Part shown: positions 9,575 to 19,214 of the stretch, one piece after another
Position numbering within the stretch: the stretch's first letter is position 1
How the letters are laid out: each line of letters begins with the position of its first letter
Assembly (NCBI GenBank): GCA_002328075.1
Contig: DCVT01000014.1
Coordinates: forward strand, 24,846-88,845
Source of the DNA: Anaerolineales bacterium UBA2181
GTDB taxonomy: Bacteria > Chloroflexota > Anaerolineae > Promineifilales > UBA4811
Reading direction: 5' to 3'
Length of the DNA: 64,000 bases
Translations under genes and position numbers: made by a program
The notes under the pieces: model-generated
The model's database searches: none
What the model was told of the DNA's origin: nothing
Seen by the model: the letters and a program-made list of their open reading frames with translations, nothing else

Positions 9575-10067
9575 CCCCTAACGGACCACGTGGTGGCGCC
9601 GGCGGCCGATCCTGACACGATCATAGCCGAGAATTCGCTGCCGGCAACTGGATCGCCCCACCCAGCAGGGCCAGTCGCTCGTGTCACCGCCAGGGCCGCA
9701 AGGGGACTTGGTGTCGCGCACTCGGGTGTACGTTTAGGCTCGCCACGCGCAGGGTCAACGAATCGGCGGTCCAGGGCCGCGTCGCCAATCGGCGGAATCT
9801 CGTGGACAACGGTCAGAGCCAGCTGGCGCCCGGGCACCTCCCAGACCTGGCCGGCGGCCGGTGGTCAGTCCGCGGTCGGTCCCGCGGAGCCACCGAACGC
9901 ACTGCCCTTGGCGCCCCATCAGTGGGCGAGTGCCCCAGGTGGCGCCAAGATGTGCGATTCCGTCACTCCCGCTGAACTACCCCCAAGGGTCCCGGCCGCG
10001 CATACCGCTTGCCGGTCAGGTCCACCGCCGATCACCGGGTCCTTATTGCCCGCACAGCGTCTCCTGC

Positions 10068-11939
10068 CTAGCGATACCCTTCCGCCTGCAGGTTGAACAG
10101 GCGCGCATAGGCGCCGTCGAGCCGGATCAACTCGGCGTGGCTCCCCAGTTCGACGATCTTGCCGGCCGAGAGCACCACGATCCGGTCCGCCATGCGCACG
10201 GTGGAGAAACGATGCGAGATGAGCAGGGCAATGCGGCCCTCCATCAGCTCGCCGAATCGCCGGAACACTTCGTACTCCGCCTCGGCGTCCAACGCTGATG
10301 TCGGCTCGTCCAGCACCAGAACCTCAGCCTTGCGCATGAACGCACGCGCCAGCGCGATCTTTTGCCACTCGCCGCCGGACAACTCCTGACCCTTTTCCCA
10401 ACGCCGGCCCAGCATGGTATCGTACCCGTTGGGCAGGTGCTGGATGAGCGCGTTAGCGCCTCCACGGTCGGCCGCGCGCTGGATCCGGGCAAAATCGTCC
10501 AGCGCATCCACCTGGCCGAACCCGATGTTCTCCCGGACCGTGAACTGGTAGCGCACATAGTCCTGAAAGATGACGCCAAAGCGCTGCTGCAGGCTGGTGA
10601 GATCGTACTCGCGCAGGTCCACGCCATCCAGCAACACCTGCCCCTGAGTGGGGTCGTACAGCCGAGTGAGCAGCTTGATCAACGTCGTCTTGCCGGCGCC
10701 GTTCAGGCCGACCAGCGCAATGCGCTCGCCCGGTTGAATGTGCAGGTTGATGTTGCGCAGCACGTCGACTTCGGATCCGGGGTAGCGAAACGAGACGTGG
10801 CGGAACTCGACGCCTTTCTCGATAGGTGCGGGCGCGATCAGGCCGTCTACCGGAGCGACCAGCAACGGATCCAACTGCAGGTAGGTGAGCAGATTGTCGA
10901 GAAACAGGTTGCTCTCATAGAGCCGATTGAGGCTATCCAGCAGCGAACGGATAGAGTTCTGGGACTGCCGAAAGATGGCCAGGAACATGGTCATGTCGCC
11001 CAGCGTGATGCGGCCGGCGACGGTTCGGAGCACGATCCAGGCATAGCTGCCATAGTAGACCAGGCTGGATAGCAGGCCCCAGCCCAACCCGGCCACCGTG
11101 CGTCGCTGAGCGATGGCTCGGTCCTCCTGGAAAAAGCGGGTGAACAGCTCCTCGTAACGTCCGAGAAGCGGCTCGCCCAGACCGAGCAACTTGACCTCCT
11201 TGACGCTCTCGTTGCCGGTCAGCAGCATCTCCAGGTAGTTCAGCAGTCGGGCTTCCGGCGCGCGTCGGGTAACGGCCCGAAAGGCGCGCTCGGCGTGCTG
11301 CGACTGGGAAAGGAACGATGGGATGGCAGCCAAAAAGACAATGACCGCGAGCCACGGGCTGAAACGCAGCAGCAAAGCGATCAGCGAAGCCATGGTGATG
11401 AGCTGCTGGGCCATCTGCATGGTCGAGTTGACGATGTTGAGTGCGCTGGTGTCCGCCTGGCGCCGGGCGTTCTGCAGCGTATCGTAAAAGATGGGATCTT
11501 CAAAGAAGCGCAGATCGAGCCGGATCGCCTGGCGCATGACCAGGCCGTTGACGTGATTGGACAGCTGCATCTGCAGGATGCGGTCGGAAAGGCTGCGCAC
11601 CTGACCGGTCAATGAACCGAGGAGCAACAGGCCCAGCTCCAGCGCCAGGTAGGGAACGACATAGCGGAGTCCTGCCATGGGCTCCATGCCCACGGCGGTC
11701 GCGTGTACGATCGAGTCGATGATCAGCTTGCCGGCCCAGGCCTGCGCCGCGGGCAGCGAGGCAGCGACCAGCGTCAGGGCGCCGCCCGCCAGCGCGGCGC
11801 GGCGACTGGCGGTCCACACCAGGCGAAAGGCTTCTGGCGTGTTGCGCAGCGCCCGCCAGGTTTCACGCACCTGATTTCCGGTCCGCCGTTTCTCGGAGGC
11901 TGCGGGCCGGCCGGGCAAAGTGGATTTGGATGTTTTCAA
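10068..11939 (-). CDS. ABC transporter, fused permease/ATP-binding protein (MsbA/multidrug-exporter type)
   Basis: 623 aa. N-terminal 6-TM-like region. Walker A GLNGAGKTTL, signature LSGGEWQKIALARA, Walker B VLVLDEPTSALD, H-loop LLISHR. Confidence 0.9.
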   Translation of the reverse strand: MKTSKSTLPGRPAASEKRRTGNQVRETWRALRNTPEAFRLVWTASRRAALAGGALTLVAASLPAAQAWAGKLIIDSIVHATAVGMEPMAGLRYVVPYLALELGLLLLGSLTGQVRSLSDRILQMQLSNHVNGLVMRQAIRLDLRFFEDPIFYDTLQNARRQADTSALNIVNSTMQMAQQLITMASLIALLLRFSPWLAVIVFLAAIPSFLSQSQHAERAFRAVTRRAPEARLLNYLEMLLTGNESVKEVKLLGLGEPLLGRYEELFTRFFQEDRAIAQRRTVAGLGWGLLSSLVYYGSYAWIVLRTVAGRITLGDMTMFLAIFRQSQNSIRSLLDSLNRLYESNLFLDNLLTYLQLDPLLVAPVDGLIAPAPIEKGVEFRHVSFRYPGSEVDVLRNINLHIQPGERIALVGLNGAGKTTLIKLLTRLYDPTQGQVLLDGVDLREYDLTSLQQRFGVIFQDYVRYQFTVRENIGFGQVDALDDFARIQRAADRGGANALIQHLPNGYDTMLGRRWEKGQELSGGEWQKIALARAFMRKAEVLVLDEPTSALDAEAEYEVFRRFGELMEGRIALLISHRFSTVRMADRIVVLSAGKIVELGSHAELIRLDGAYARLFNLQAEGYR

Positions 11940-12179
11940 TCAAGGGCTCCTATTGGTGGTGATGGCTTCCGCCCCGTAACCACCAGAGGATACCACCGAC
12001 TCGTTTGAGGGTCAAACCCATGCGCACCCGAGACTGCTGCATGGGCAGGGATATCAGCGAGACGAATCCATCCTCAAGGTCGGGATGTTGACCGCTCGGT
12101 AGCGCGCAGAGCCCAGCGGAGGGGACAACCGCCCGCCGGGTGCTTACGGCGCGGGCGACACGCCGGGTTTGCCGTTTCT

Positions 12180-13847
12180 GTGCTTCGGGTGGTCCCAAGT
12201 CTGCAAACGTCACGAGCACCTCGGGCGAAGGCCAGTCTCTGGTACAATTGTGCGCTGGTCGGTACCAGGGAGGCTGTTCTGAAGCGATCACCTCTGGTTG
12301 TCATACTATTATCTGTTTCCCTGCTCCTCTCAACCCCCCGGGCCAGGCCTGCCCAGGCAGCGGGTTCGTTGGTCTTGGCGTTCTATTACGCCTGGTACGA
12401 CATGAGCACCTGGAACCCTGACCGGTTACCCGATCTGCCGGCTCAGACCTATGTTTCAACTGACCCGGCCACCATTGAGCGGCATGTCCGCCAGGCCCAA
12501 GCCGCCGGCGTGGACGGCTTTGTGCAGTCGTGGTACGGGCCGGGCGGTGGCAACCAGACCGAGTCGAACCTGTCCGCTCTCCTCAACGTGGCCGCGGCGC
12601 ACAACTTTCGGGTGGCGGTCGATTTTGAGGCCGGTAGCCCGTATTTCTCCGGCCCGGCCGACCGGGTGGCCGCGCTGCAGCACCTGCTGACCATTCACGC
12701 TCAGCAACCGGCCTATCTACGCATCGACGGGCGCCCCGTGGTCTTTTTCTGGGCGTCCTGGTTGCTTTCGGTAGATGCCTGGGCACAGATCCGGCAGCAG
12801 ATCGACCCGAACCATGACAGCCTTTGGATCGCCGAAGGCACCTCAGTCGACTATCTGGCGGTCTTTGACGGCCTGCACCTGTACACGGTGGCCTGGTCGG
12901 CCGACCCGGTTGGCACGTTGACCCATTGGGGGAACCAGGTGCGAGCCCGCGCCGCTGCGCTGGGCGATTACCGATACTGGGTGGCCACCGTGCTGCCCGG
13001 ATGGGACGATACGCGAATTCCTGGTCGCTCCGGTTCCTATGTGCGGGACCGCGCCGGGGGAGCATACTACCAACAATGCTGGGCGGGCGCAGCAGCCAGC
13101 AACCCGGACCTGGTCGTCATCACCAGCTTTAACGAGTGGATGGAGGGAACGGCCATCGAACCCAGCGTCAGCAGCGGGACCTATTACCTGGATCTGACGG
13201 CGCAGTTGATCGCGAGTCACCGAGCAGGAACCGTCTCGATGCCGGCGCCAGCGGCCGCGCCAACTCCTACGGCCGAAGGCGTCAGCGGCGCCTCTGCGGT
13301 TCCATCTGTTCCGTCATACACTCCGGGGCCCACAGCAACCAAGCTGCCAACGCCCACTCCGCGGCCGGACGGGGCAATCGTTCACCTGGTGGAACCGGGT
13401 GACACGCTTTACGGGATTGCATCGCAGTACGGCGTCACACTGGATGACCTGCTGCGGCTCAATGTGCTGGACCCTGATCGCACCCTGCGGATCGGCCAGC
13501 CCGTGGTGGTGGCGATGGGAGAGCCGACCCCTACACCGACGGCCACCGCCACCGCCCACCTGCCCAACCCACCCAGCCCGACCGCGCCCATGGCTCCTGT
13601 GCTGGACGCCCCCACAGAATTGCGGGCGCCGAGTCCAAGTCCTGTCGTCGGTGAGGCGGTTGTGCTCGAGGCTCCCACGTTGGAGGGGCCGACGCCGATG
13701 CCGGTAGAGCCAGAGAGCGCGGCCGGGGCGGGCGCAAGGTCGGCCGGTGTTGCCGTCCCGTCGCCGTCTGCCTGGCCATGCCTGGCTGTGCCGTTGGGTT
13801 TGGCTGCCCTGCTGGTCCTGGCCTGGGCGCGCATGCGCCGGAAATGA
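12180..13847 (+). CDS. Membrane-anchored GH99-like glycoside hydrolase with a C-terminal LysM domain
   Basis: LAFYYAWYD...FVQSWYGPG...LPGWDDTRIPGR...VITSFNEWMEGTAIEP resembles the GH99/endo-alpha-mannosidase-like fold. Pro/Thr linker. LysM (IVHLVEPGDTLYGIASQYGVTLDDLLRLN). Terminal hydrophobic helix plus RMRRK. The start is uncertain: GTG at 12180 or 12189. The best RBS (AGGGAGG, 12267-12273) precedes only an in-frame CTG at 12279, just before the signal-peptide-like LKRSPLVVILLSVSLLLS. Confidence 0.7.
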   Translation: MLRVVPSLQTSRAPRAKASLWYNCALVGTREAVLKRSPLVVILLSVSLLLSTPRARPAQAAGSLVLAFYYAWYDMSTWNPDRLPDLPAQTYVSTDPATIERHVRQAQAAGVDGFVQSWYGPGGGNQTESNLSALLNVAAAHNFRVAVDFEAGSPYFSGPADRVAALQHLLTIHAQQPAYLRIDGRPVVFFWASWLLSVDAWAQIRQQIDPNHDSLWIAEGTSVDYLAVFDGLHLYTVAWSADPVGTLTHWGNQVRARAAALGDYRYWVATVLPGWDDTRIPGRSGSYVRDRAGGAYYQQCWAGAAASNPDLVVITSFNEWMEGTAIEPSVSSGTYYLDLTAQLIASHRAGTVSMPAPAAAPTPTAEGVSGASAVPSVPSYTPGPTATKLPTPTPRPDGAIVHLVEPGDTLYGIASQYGVTLDDLLRLNVLDPDRTLRIGQPVVVAMGEPTPTPTATATAHLPNPPSPTAPMAPVLDAPTELRAPSPSPVVGEAVVLEAPTLEGPTPMPVEPESAAGAGARSAGVAVPSPSAWPCLAVPLGLAALLVLAWARMRRK

Positions 13848-14047
13848 GCCGGCGTTCGCCCCGAGTTGCACCCTCCCGGTTGGCCTACCCAGAGCGCCAT
13901 GTGGTCACCCGCCGGGCAGGCCAACTCAGCGGACTCTGTTCTTGTCTTCCGACCTCCGGCTGACGGTCATGGGACCGCTGTGCTCGTGGGTGTGGTTATC
14001 ACTGATTGATCTCGGCCCATGGGCGTTTCGCCTACGCCCAGACGAGA

Positions 14048-14509
14048 TCACTCGGTTTTGACCTTGATTTGACGCGGTCGGACAGCCTCGGCTTTGGGAA
14101 TGATCAGCGTGAGCACGCCATTGGCAAACGTAGCCTCGGCACGCGAGGCCTCAACCGGGATGTTGAGGTTCAACGCCCGGTGAAACCGGCCGGCCGGCAG
14201 CTCTTCCAGGAGATAGTTGACGTTCTCCGGCCGAACTGGTAGCTCGCCCCGGATGATCAATGTGTCACCTTCGATGGTGATCTCTACGTCCTGGGCGGTT
14301 GCGCCCGGCACCGCTGCCTGGATGACAATTTCCTCGTCGGTAGAGTGCACGTCCACCGGCAGTCTCCAGGCCCTCGTGGTTTCGCGCCGCGACCAATCCG
14401 GTTCTGTGGTTCCTGTCCAACTCTCCTCAAAAAGCCGATCCATCGCTTCACGCAAGCTGATCAGGTCCTGGCTCGGGCTCCATCGCACAATTCTCATCTC
14501 TGCCTCCAT
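14048..14509 (-). CDS. Small heat-shock protein, Hsp20/alpha-crystallin family
   Basis: Alpha-crystallin core: WRLPVDVHSTDEEIVIQAAVPGATAQDVEITIEGDTLIIRGE...GRFHRALNLNIPVEASRAEATFANGVLTLIIPK. I chose ATG at 14509 (MEAEMRIVRW). The track ORF's 84-aa N-terminal extension looks non-coding. Confidence 0.85.
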   Translation of the reverse strand: MEAEMRIVRWSPSQDLISLREAMDRLFEESWTGTTEPDWSRRETTRAWRLPVDVHSTDEEIVIQAAVPGATAQDVEITIEGDTLIIRGELPVRPENVNYLLEELPAGRFHRALNLNIPVEASRAEATFANGVLTLIIPKAEAVRPRQIKVKTE

Positions 14510-14618
14510 GGTATCATCGTCGGTCTCGCTTCCCGCGCTGCCCGGCATCAACCTGAAGGCGACGCGCGCGGCTGCTGGCTCGACCGATCTTGATCTGTCT
14601 TGACAACATCTGGCAGCC

Positions 14619-14649
14619 ATTATACGGCGCGAATATATGAGGACTGCAA
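14619..14649 (-). promoter_or_regulatory. Candidate promoter for hsp20 (14048..14509)
   Basis: On the minus strand: TTGCAG (14649-14644), 19 nt, TATAAT (14624-14619). The spacer is longer than optimal. Confidence 0.35.
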
Positions 14650-15022
14650 GAAAATTGCCTGAGCCTGGCTGTGCGTCGGCCAGGGGAGCGTCCAATCGCG
14701 CTTGGGGGCCACCCGCAGGTCGGCGACCACCCCAGCTCACCCAGCGCGGGTCGTCAGTCATTGACGCTGCGCTTGGCAGCCCGCGGTTGGGCTAATTGGA
14801 CTGATTGTGATATGCTTCGCACAGTAAGAGAATCCGCCCTCACTGGCTCCTGCGGGTCTTGCCTCGGCCGACCCGTCTTTGGTCAAGGCCGAGCGCCGAC
14901 AGTTCGCCTGGTCTTGCGCTCATGGCCGCAGGGCGCGGTGTTGTAAGTCCCTCCGGAGCACGAGGGTGCCGGACGGCAAAACTATGGCGCGGCCGACGCA
15001 TTCATGTTGGAGTGACCAAGAA

Positions 15023-16723
15023 ATGGAAACGAGACCCTGGTTCAAGAGCTATGATCCTGATCTACCGCAGACCCTGCAGCCCTATCCCGAATCCACGCTG
15101 CTGGATGTGATGGCCGAGACCGTCTGCCTTCGGCCGCAGCACCCGGCGTTGGTGTTCAAGGGGAAACGAATCTCCTACCAGGAGCTGGATTCGCTGAGCA
15201 GTCAATTTGCCAAAGCGCTGATGCGCCTGGGCGTGAAAAAGGGTGACCGTCTGGCACTGGTGCTGCCCAACAGCCCGCAGGCCATCTTCTGCCAGTTGGG
15301 GGGCTGGAAGGCGGGGGTCATCGTTGCGCCGATCAACTCTCTGTACACCGAGCGCGAGCTCGAGTACTCGTTGAACGAGATCGGAGCCGAAACCGTTGTG
15401 GTTCTGACGCCGTTCTACGCCAAGATCAAGGCGGTTCAACCCCAGACGAGCCTGCGCCGGATCATTGTCACCAACATCAAGGAGTATCTGCCACCGCTGC
15501 TGCGAACGCTGTTCACGCTGGCCAAGGAACAGAAAGAGGGGCACCGGGTGACGTTACAGGCCGGTGACCACTGGTTGGGGACCCTGCTCCAGCAACAGTC
15601 CGGGAAAGGCCAACCTGAGGTGGACGTGAGGCCCTCGGACCCGGCCATCCTGCTGTTCAGCGGCGGCACTACGGGCACTCCCAAGGCCGCCTTGGGGACC
15701 CATCAGGCGCTGCTCATGTCCGCCATGCAGCTTCATGCCTATGCCCGGTCTGTGTTGGCAGATTGGGAAGACGTGCTCACCTGGGTCATGCCCGGGTTTC
15801 ACGTGTATGGCAACATGGCGCTGAGTACGGCGCTGGTGGCGCGCTGGCCGCTGGCGGTTGTTCCCAATCCGCGAGACATCAATGACCTGGTTGCCACCAT
15901 TCGCCGGGAGCGCCCGGCCTGTTTGCACGGCGTTCCGACGCTTTTTATCGCCTTGCTCAACCACCCTGACGTTGTAAGCGGCAAGGCGAACATCAAATCC
16001 ATGAAGCTTTGTTGGTCGGCGGCCGCACCGCTCATGGCGGAGACCAAGCAGCGTTTTGAGCAACTCACCGGCGGCTGGTTGTTGGAGGCCTACGCCATGA
16101 CCGAGACAATGTTGGCGGCCGTCTGCTGCCCCATCCATCGGGCGTACAAGGAGGGATCGGTAGGGGTTCCGCTGCCGGACGTGGATGTGCAGATTGTGGA
16201 TATCGAGTATGGCGAGCGAGAGCTACCCCTGGGTGAGGTCGGTGAAGTGATCGTCCGGGCGCCTCAGATCATGGTCGGCTATTGGGAGCGTCCCACGGAG
16301 ACAGCCAACATGATCCGTTCGGGTCCGGTTGGCCACGCCGACGAACGGTGGGTCTATACCGGCGACCTGGGCTACATGGACGAGGATGGATATCTGTTCA
16401 TCGTGGACCGCAAGAAGGACCTGATCAAGCCCAGCGGATTCCAGGTCTGGCCCCGAGAGGTGGAAGAGGTGATCGCTGCCCACCCGGCGGTGGCAGAGGT
16501 GAGCGTAGCCGGTGTGGCCGATGAGCGGCAGGGGGAGGCGGTCAAGGCCTGGGTTGTTCTGCGGCCGGGGCAACAGGCAACGGCTGATGAGATCCGGTCA
16601 TTCTGCCGGGAGCGTTTGACCGGCTACAAGGTTCCGCGACAGGTAGAGTTTCGCGAGACTCTGCCCAAGACCATGGTCGGCAAGGTGTTACGGCGCGAGC
16701 TGACCAGCCAGGAGGAAAGGTGA
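15023..16723 (+). CDS. Long-chain-fatty-acid--CoA ligase / AMP-dependent synthetase
   Basis: AMP-binding motif LLFSGGTTGTPKAA. YTGDLGYMDEDGYLFIVDRKKDLIK. C-terminal ...LPKTMVGKVLRREL. Start chosen at METRPWFKSYD (ATG 15023). Confidence 0.85.
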   Translation: METRPWFKSYDPDLPQTLQPYPESTLLDVMAETVCLRPQHPALVFKGKRISYQELDSLSSQFAKALMRLGVKKGDRLALVLPNSPQAIFCQLGGWKAGVIVAPINSLYTERELEYSLNEIGAETVVVLTPFYAKIKAVQPQTSLRRIIVTNIKEYLPPLLRTLFTLAKEQKEGHRVTLQAGDHWLGTLLQQQSGKGQPEVDVRPSDPAILLFSGGTTGTPKAALGTHQALLMSAMQLHAYARSVLADWEDVLTWVMPGFHVYGNMALSTALVARWPLAVVPNPRDINDLVATIRRERPACLHGVPTLFIALLNHPDVVSGKANIKSMKLCWSAAAPLMAETKQRFEQLTGGWLLEAYAMTETMLAAVCCPIHRAYKEGSVGVPLPDVDVQIVDIEYGERELPLGEVGEVIVRAPQIMVGYWERPTETANMIRSGPVGHADERWVYTGDLGYMDEDGYLFIVDRKKDLIKPSGFQVWPREVEEVIAAHPAVAEVSVAGVADERQGEAVKAWVVLRPGQQATADEIRSFCRERLTGYKVPRQVEFRETLPKTMVGKVLRRELTSQEER

Positions 16724-16726
16724 TCC

Positions 16727-18421
16727 ATGCTGCTGCTGAACCCCCATCATCACAGCCGGCCGTATCGTGACGAACGGTCCCGGCAGATCATGTTAAAGAC
16801 CATCGAGTTCTTTGAGCGCAAAGGCAAGGTCAGGCTCAAGACCGATGATCGCGAGCGCATCTGGTACGCAGACATGCTCGAGTTCCAAAAGTCCGAACGG
16901 CTGTTTGCCGACCTCCTCACCCCGGCGGGTTATGGTGGCCCAGACTCCCGTTGGGACACATGGCGCAACTGCGAGTTCAACGAGATACTGGCCTTTTACG
17001 GGCTCCACTATTGGTACACCTGGCAGGTATCAATTCTTGGTCTGGGCCCCATCTGGATGAGCGGCAATGAGGCCGCCAAGCGCCGGGCGGCCGGCTTGCT
17101 CCAGGACGGTGCCGTCTTTGCGTTTGGCCTTTCGGAGCGAGCCCACGGCGCGGACATTTATTCCACCGAGATGTCGTTGGCGCCGCAGCCCGACGGCACC
17201 TTTCGCGCCAACGGTGAGAAATACTATATCGGCAACGGCAACATCGCGCCCATGGTCTCGACCTTTGGCAAGATGGCGGACAGCGGCGAGTATGTCTTTT
17301 TCACGGCCGACTATCGCCATCGGAACTACCAACTGGTCAGGAACGTGGTCAACACCCAGTCCTACGTGGCCGATTTCGTGCTGCGCGACTACCCGGTCAC
17401 CGCGGACGAAATCCTCTCCCAGGGCCAGGACGCCTGGGACAGCGCGCTCAACACGGTGAATATTGGCAAGTACAATCTGGGCTGGGCCTCCATCGGCATC
17501 TGTACCCACGCGCTGTACGAGGCTGTCCGGCATGCGGCCAACCGTCGGCTGTACGGGATGGCGGTGACCGATTTTGCGCACGTCCGGCAGATGTTCACCG
17601 ATGCCTATGCGCGCCTGGTGGCGATGAAGCTCTTTGCCTTGCGGGCGTCGGACTATATGCGTTCTGCCTCTCCCCAGGATCGTCGTTACCTGCTGTACAA
17701 CCCGGTGGTCAAGATGAAGGTCACCACCCAGGGTGAACAGGTCATCAACCTGCTGTGGGACGTCATCGCTGCCAAGGGGTTTGAGAGCGACATGTACTTT
17801 GAGATGGCGGCGCGCGACATCCGAGCGTTGCCCAAGCTGGAGGGGACGGTCCACGTCAACATCGCGCTCATTGTCAAATTCATGGCCAACTACTTCTTCC
17901 AACCGGCTGCCTACCCGGTGGTGCCGCTGCGCGACGAGCCGGTGAACGATGACTTTCTCTTCCGGCAGGGTCCTGCCAAGGGTTTGGGCCGGATCCAGTT
18001 TCACGACTATGGACCGGTGTTTGGTAGGTTTGACCTTCCCAACGTCCGTGCGTTTCAGGATCAGGTGGCCGAGTTCAAGACGTTGTTGGCGCGGGCGACC
18101 CCCGGCGAGGCGCAGACCAAAGACGTAGATTTTCTGCTGGCGCTGGGAGAGATATTTACGTTGGTGGTCTATGGCCAGCTCATCTTGGAGGCGGCCGAGC
18201 TGTACCATGTGGGCGAGGACCTGGTGGACCAGATTTTTGACTGGATGGTGCGGGACATGGCGGGTTTTGCCCTGCAGTTGTACAGCAAGCCCACTAGCAC
18301 GCCCCAACAGATGGAGCACTGCCTCCGGATGATTCGCAAACCGGTCAGCGATGACGGCCGCTACGGGCGGATCTGGCAGGAGGTGCATGCCCTCCGAGAT
18401 GCGTACGAGATGACGCCCTGA
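16727..18421 (+). CDS. Acyl-CoA dehydrogenase family protein (large, about 560 aa type)
   Basis: FAFGLSERAHGADIYSTEM, GEKYYIGNGN, and a helical C-terminal domain. Starts 4 nt after the CoA-ligase stop, so the two are probably co-transcribed. Confidence 0.75.
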   Translation: MLLLNPHHHSRPYRDERSRQIMLKTIEFFERKGKVRLKTDDRERIWYADMLEFQKSERLFADLLTPAGYGGPDSRWDTWRNCEFNEILAFYGLHYWYTWQVSILGLGPIWMSGNEAAKRRAAGLLQDGAVFAFGLSERAHGADIYSTEMSLAPQPDGTFRANGEKYYIGNGNIAPMVSTFGKMADSGEYVFFTADYRHRNYQLVRNVVNTQSYVADFVLRDYPVTADEILSQGQDAWDSALNTVNIGKYNLGWASIGICTHALYEAVRHAANRRLYGMAVTDFAHVRQMFTDAYARLVAMKLFALRASDYMRSASPQDRRYLLYNPVVKMKVTTQGEQVINLLWDVIAAKGFESDMYFEMAARDIRALPKLEGTVHVNIALIVKFMANYFFQPAAYPVVPLRDEPVNDDFLFRQGPAKGLGRIQFHDYGPVFGRFDLPNVRAFQDQVAEFKTLLARATPGEAQTKDVDFLLALGEIFTLVVYGQLILEAAELYHVGEDLVDQIFDWMVRDMAGFALQLYSKPTSTPQQMEHCLRMIRKPVSDDGRYGRIWQEVHALRDAYEMTP

Positions 18422-19214
18422 CCCTGGCGCAGCAGCCAACCGCTGACGAGTCCTCCCATGACGTCGACTTGTTCACCCGGTTAAGGTTGTGACATACGCG
18501 GCGGCAGTCTCGCCGACCGCACGCTCATGTCCGCTCTGGCGACGTTCTACGCCGTTGAGCTCAGTGTTTATAGCAGAACTGCGAGATACTCGGTCAGCGG
18601 TGGCGTGCCGTGTTAGTCTCTCTGGCCACGACCTGGATCTCCATTCCACCCGAACCAACACCCGGTGTCGGCGCACCCGCGCGGGTATTGCTCAGTTATC
18701 TCTCTCGCGAGCGTTTTCGGCCGGCGCACCCCATCCACGGTCTGTATCGGCAGAATCCGGCCGGGCGCCACCCCAATACGGGTTCTTCACCATCTGCTAG
18801 CGACCCCGTTGGCGTGGCTGGAAGCGGGTACCCGGTCCACTCTGGCAGGGTCGCGGCACTTGCGGAAAATGGGATCTTGATCTACAATAATGGTCGCCAG
18901 ATAGGTGGACGCAGTTCGAGGAATCGTACGGACAGCAGCACAACTCGGGAGAAAAGCCTCCAGGCGGCAGTTGACCTCTTGACCCATGGGGCGCCGCCGA
19001 CTGCTTCATGCGGGCTCGAGCCTGTCTTGACGGTGTTTGCGTCGCCGACTCTTTTGCTGGGGGACTGCGAGCCAAACGCAGGAGAGCGTTGTAGGACGAC
19101 GGCTAAATGGAGGCGCCAACGAGACTGCACCACGTGATAAGACACAAACCCACACTCTGCCAGGACGGTACGAGATTCGAGTGCAAGTTGAAAGAAGAAA
19201 TAGGGAGGATTGCC

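Noticed and set aside
9590-10096. 168-aa plus-strand ORF (plus 9861..10298 and minus-strand 9553..9837) in the gap between the duplicated fragment and the ABC-transporter gene
   Set aside because: Pro/Ala/Arg/Ser-rich composition, no RBS or motif, and overlap with the ABC gene's 3' end. I treat the region as decayed or non-coding DNA (see the scar finding) rather than calling genes.
14650-14659. The 10-mer GAAAATTGCC is shared by the upstream regions of both hsp20 genes (14650-14659 and 46353-46362), raising the possibility of a heat-shock operator.
   Set aside because: The orientation relative to the gene is opposite. The position also differs: upstream of the -35 element in one case, inside the spacer in the other. 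It matches neither CIRCE nor HAIR consensus. A single 10-mer match between two ~200-bp regions is not far from chance.
14510-14761. 84-aa N-terminal extension of the first hsp20 ORF
   Set aside because: The extension is Arg/Ala/Pro-rich with no similarity to sHSP N-terminal regions, and it covers the candidate promoter. The internal ATG 14509 yields a typical ~150-aa Hsp20.
17030-18439. 469-aa minus-strand ORF antisense to the acyl-CoA dehydrogenase gene. Analogous ORFs: 10362..11072 (+), 19302..20237 (-), 22047..22679 (+), 23257..23988 (+), 33764..34615 (+), 15554..16138 (-).
   Set aside because: Each lies entirely within a gene whose sense-strand product has strong family motifs. The antisense translations are low-complexity and Arg/His/Gly-rich, with no motifs.
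18422-19214. Possibility that the long spacer encodes RNase P RNA, tmRNA or SRP RNA. A GCAGAATCCGGCCGG stretch superficially recalls the RNase P CR-V ACAGAA.CCGGC.
   Set aside because: The obligatory partner motifs are absent on both strands: GAGGAAAGTCCGGGC for RNase P, a tRNA-like GGTTCGA.TCC...CCA end for tmRNA, and GGAAGGAAGCAGCC-like for SRP. The spacer is kept only as a low-interest unexplained region.
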